This document shows positions 62,404 through 64,000 of a stretch of DNA of 64,000 nt, one piece after another. Position 1 is the first letter of the stretch, and each line of letters starts with the position of its first letter. The stretch spans positions 310,001 through 374,000 of the forward strand of contig RBZT01000499.1 of assembly GCA_003693705.1 (NCBI GenBank), read 5' to 3'. Made by a program: the position numbers and the translations under genes. A model generated the notes under the pieces. It ran no database searches. It saw only the letters and a program-made list of their open reading frames with translations, and had not been told where the DNA came from. The DNA is from Polymyxa betae A26-41. Its lineage: Eukaryota > Protista > Endomyxa: Phytomyxea.

Positions 62404-64000
62404 ATGGCATTTGTCTTTACAGCGGTTATAGTCTTCACATCTGTTGTATCATGGGCAGCCCCAATCCAGCGAATTACCATTGGTACGTCCACGAACACTT
62501 TAGTAGATCAAGACGGAAGAACTCGGTTCTTTCATGGTATCAATGCGGTGTATAAAGGCCCACCTTACATTCCCATTATCGATTCGTATGATTTCCGATC
62601 GTTTGAGGCTGCAATCATTTACAAGTTTCAGGTTTGATTCGCAGCGAAGCTTATCATATCGTGATTTTGAACTAATGCGTTCTTGGGGATTGAACCTGAT
62701 TCGACTGGTGATTTCCTAAATAGAAACCTGGTTCGATAGTTGCTCACGAGAATATAGGGAGTGATGTGGCCAGGTGTTGAGCCAGATCGTGGACTCTATA
62801 ACAATACCTACTTAGATCACGTTTCTGATATCATCAGCACGGCTGCCAGCTATGATATCTTCACAATTGTCGACTTCCATCAGGTCGTAACCATCAGGGT
62901 GAAGTTAACGATCTGATTCGTCTGCAGGACGTTTTGAGCCAGTGGCGAAGGCGCGCGCCTTCTTGGGCTGTTGATACGCTGTCGAATTTCCCACGTCCGC
63001 TGCAGTGGAAACCATTCAACCTGGATGTCAATGGATTTCCTAATCCTGATGATTGCAGAAAACATGATTGGGGGAACTACTACTTCACATTCGCTGCTTC
63101 AGGTTTGCTGCTGATGAAATCTATGTAGGCAATCCTTGGTGAAACCTTCTAGAGGCCTTCCAGAGCCTATACGATAACGTTGATGGCAGAGCAGATGCTT
63201 TAGCAAGATATTGGGCCCAGCTCGCTGAAACCTTTAAGGGTATGGATTCCATTATTGGAATGCATCTATTCAACGAGCCGTTCGCTGGTGATATCTTTCG
63301 TCATCCATTCTTATTGATTCCTGGTCTTGCAACTCGATATAATTTACAGCCGTTATACGATCGGCTGGCTAAAGCCATTTACGAAGTCGACCCGAATCGC
63401 AATGTGATTTTTCAGCCAGTAACCTGGGCTAAATCAGGCGTTGGATCCAGCTGGTTTAGTCACGTCCCTGGTGGTAATCAACATAGAAATACTTCAATAT
63501 TAGCATTTCATTATTGTATGTTTGATCGCCGTTTCTACGATCGTCGCTGACGTTGAACAGATAATCCACCTAATATAGGTGATATCCATCGGTACATTAA
63601 AGATAAAGTAGATTTGGCTGCAAGCATGGGAGTGCCTACTATTTTAACTGAGACCTGGTTAGACAAAAATCTGCCTGCAGTTGCTGATCTATTAGATTCC
63701 CATTTAGTTTCATGTACTGTGATTGCAGGCGCGATGATATCAGTAGATGACATTGCATTTAGATGCTTGTTCGGAGTATAAAACATTCGGAGGTTATGAT
63801 GTTGATGGAGTTTGCACAGGCTGCATACCAGGTCCGTTTACAACGAATGGAACCGTGGACGAGGATATCGTCAATATTGTCGCGCGAACATATGCACTAG
63901 CTGTATCAGGAAGGGCGCTTGTCAATCAGTTCTTCTCTTCGAATTCATCTTTTGTTCTGGAATTTGAACCCAATACTGCAATATCTGCCCCAACAATTGT
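62404..64000 (+). CDS. Secreted glycoside hydrolase family 5, endoglycoceramidase-like (runs off the window end)
   Basis: Signal peptide, DQDGRTRFFHGINAVYK, GLNLIRLGVMWPGVEP, DFHQD, GEGAPSW, catalytic NEP, nucleophile LTET and ARTYALAVSG. Confidence 0.9.

Overview
This is a gene-dense window from a compact eukaryotic genome. Most introns are about 45-60 nt, intergenic gaps are often under 100 bp, and GC looks moderate. That architecture and the gene content suggest a plasmodiophorid-type protist such as Spongospora, which is an inference only. About 33 protein-coding genes can be reconstructed across introns: GCN2 N-terminus, Fe-ADH, RPC1, Med22, GT90, UCH37, Bmt2, a REVEILLE-like SHAQKYF MYB, SUN, Rpp38/Pop3-like, UTP18, TM9SF, a calmodulin-like gene, an A1 protease, SmG, TTC4, beta-COP, HSP20, AUH, mid-SUN, a divergent EB1, SMYD, CTC1, NAGK and a GH5 endoglycoceramidase-like enzyme, among others. 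Non-coding features are two inverted U3 snoRNA genes 25 kb apart that share promoter and 3' blocks, a TA-flanked pogo-type non-autonomous transposon carrying a nested MITE with an 8-bp target duplication, and a tRNA-derived hairpin locus. The most unusual items are (1) an inverted pair of genes flanking Med22 that share a basic-Cys4 module and C-terminal tail, one carrying a transposon-like DUF6729-type domain; (2) a DDX3/Ded1 paralogue with all ATPase motifs degenerate; (3) an LRR-CCHCR1 fusion; (4) a MYB with the plant clock LCL domain; and (5) a possible BEN-domain protein. All calls come from reading and translating the sequence by hand; no searches were run.
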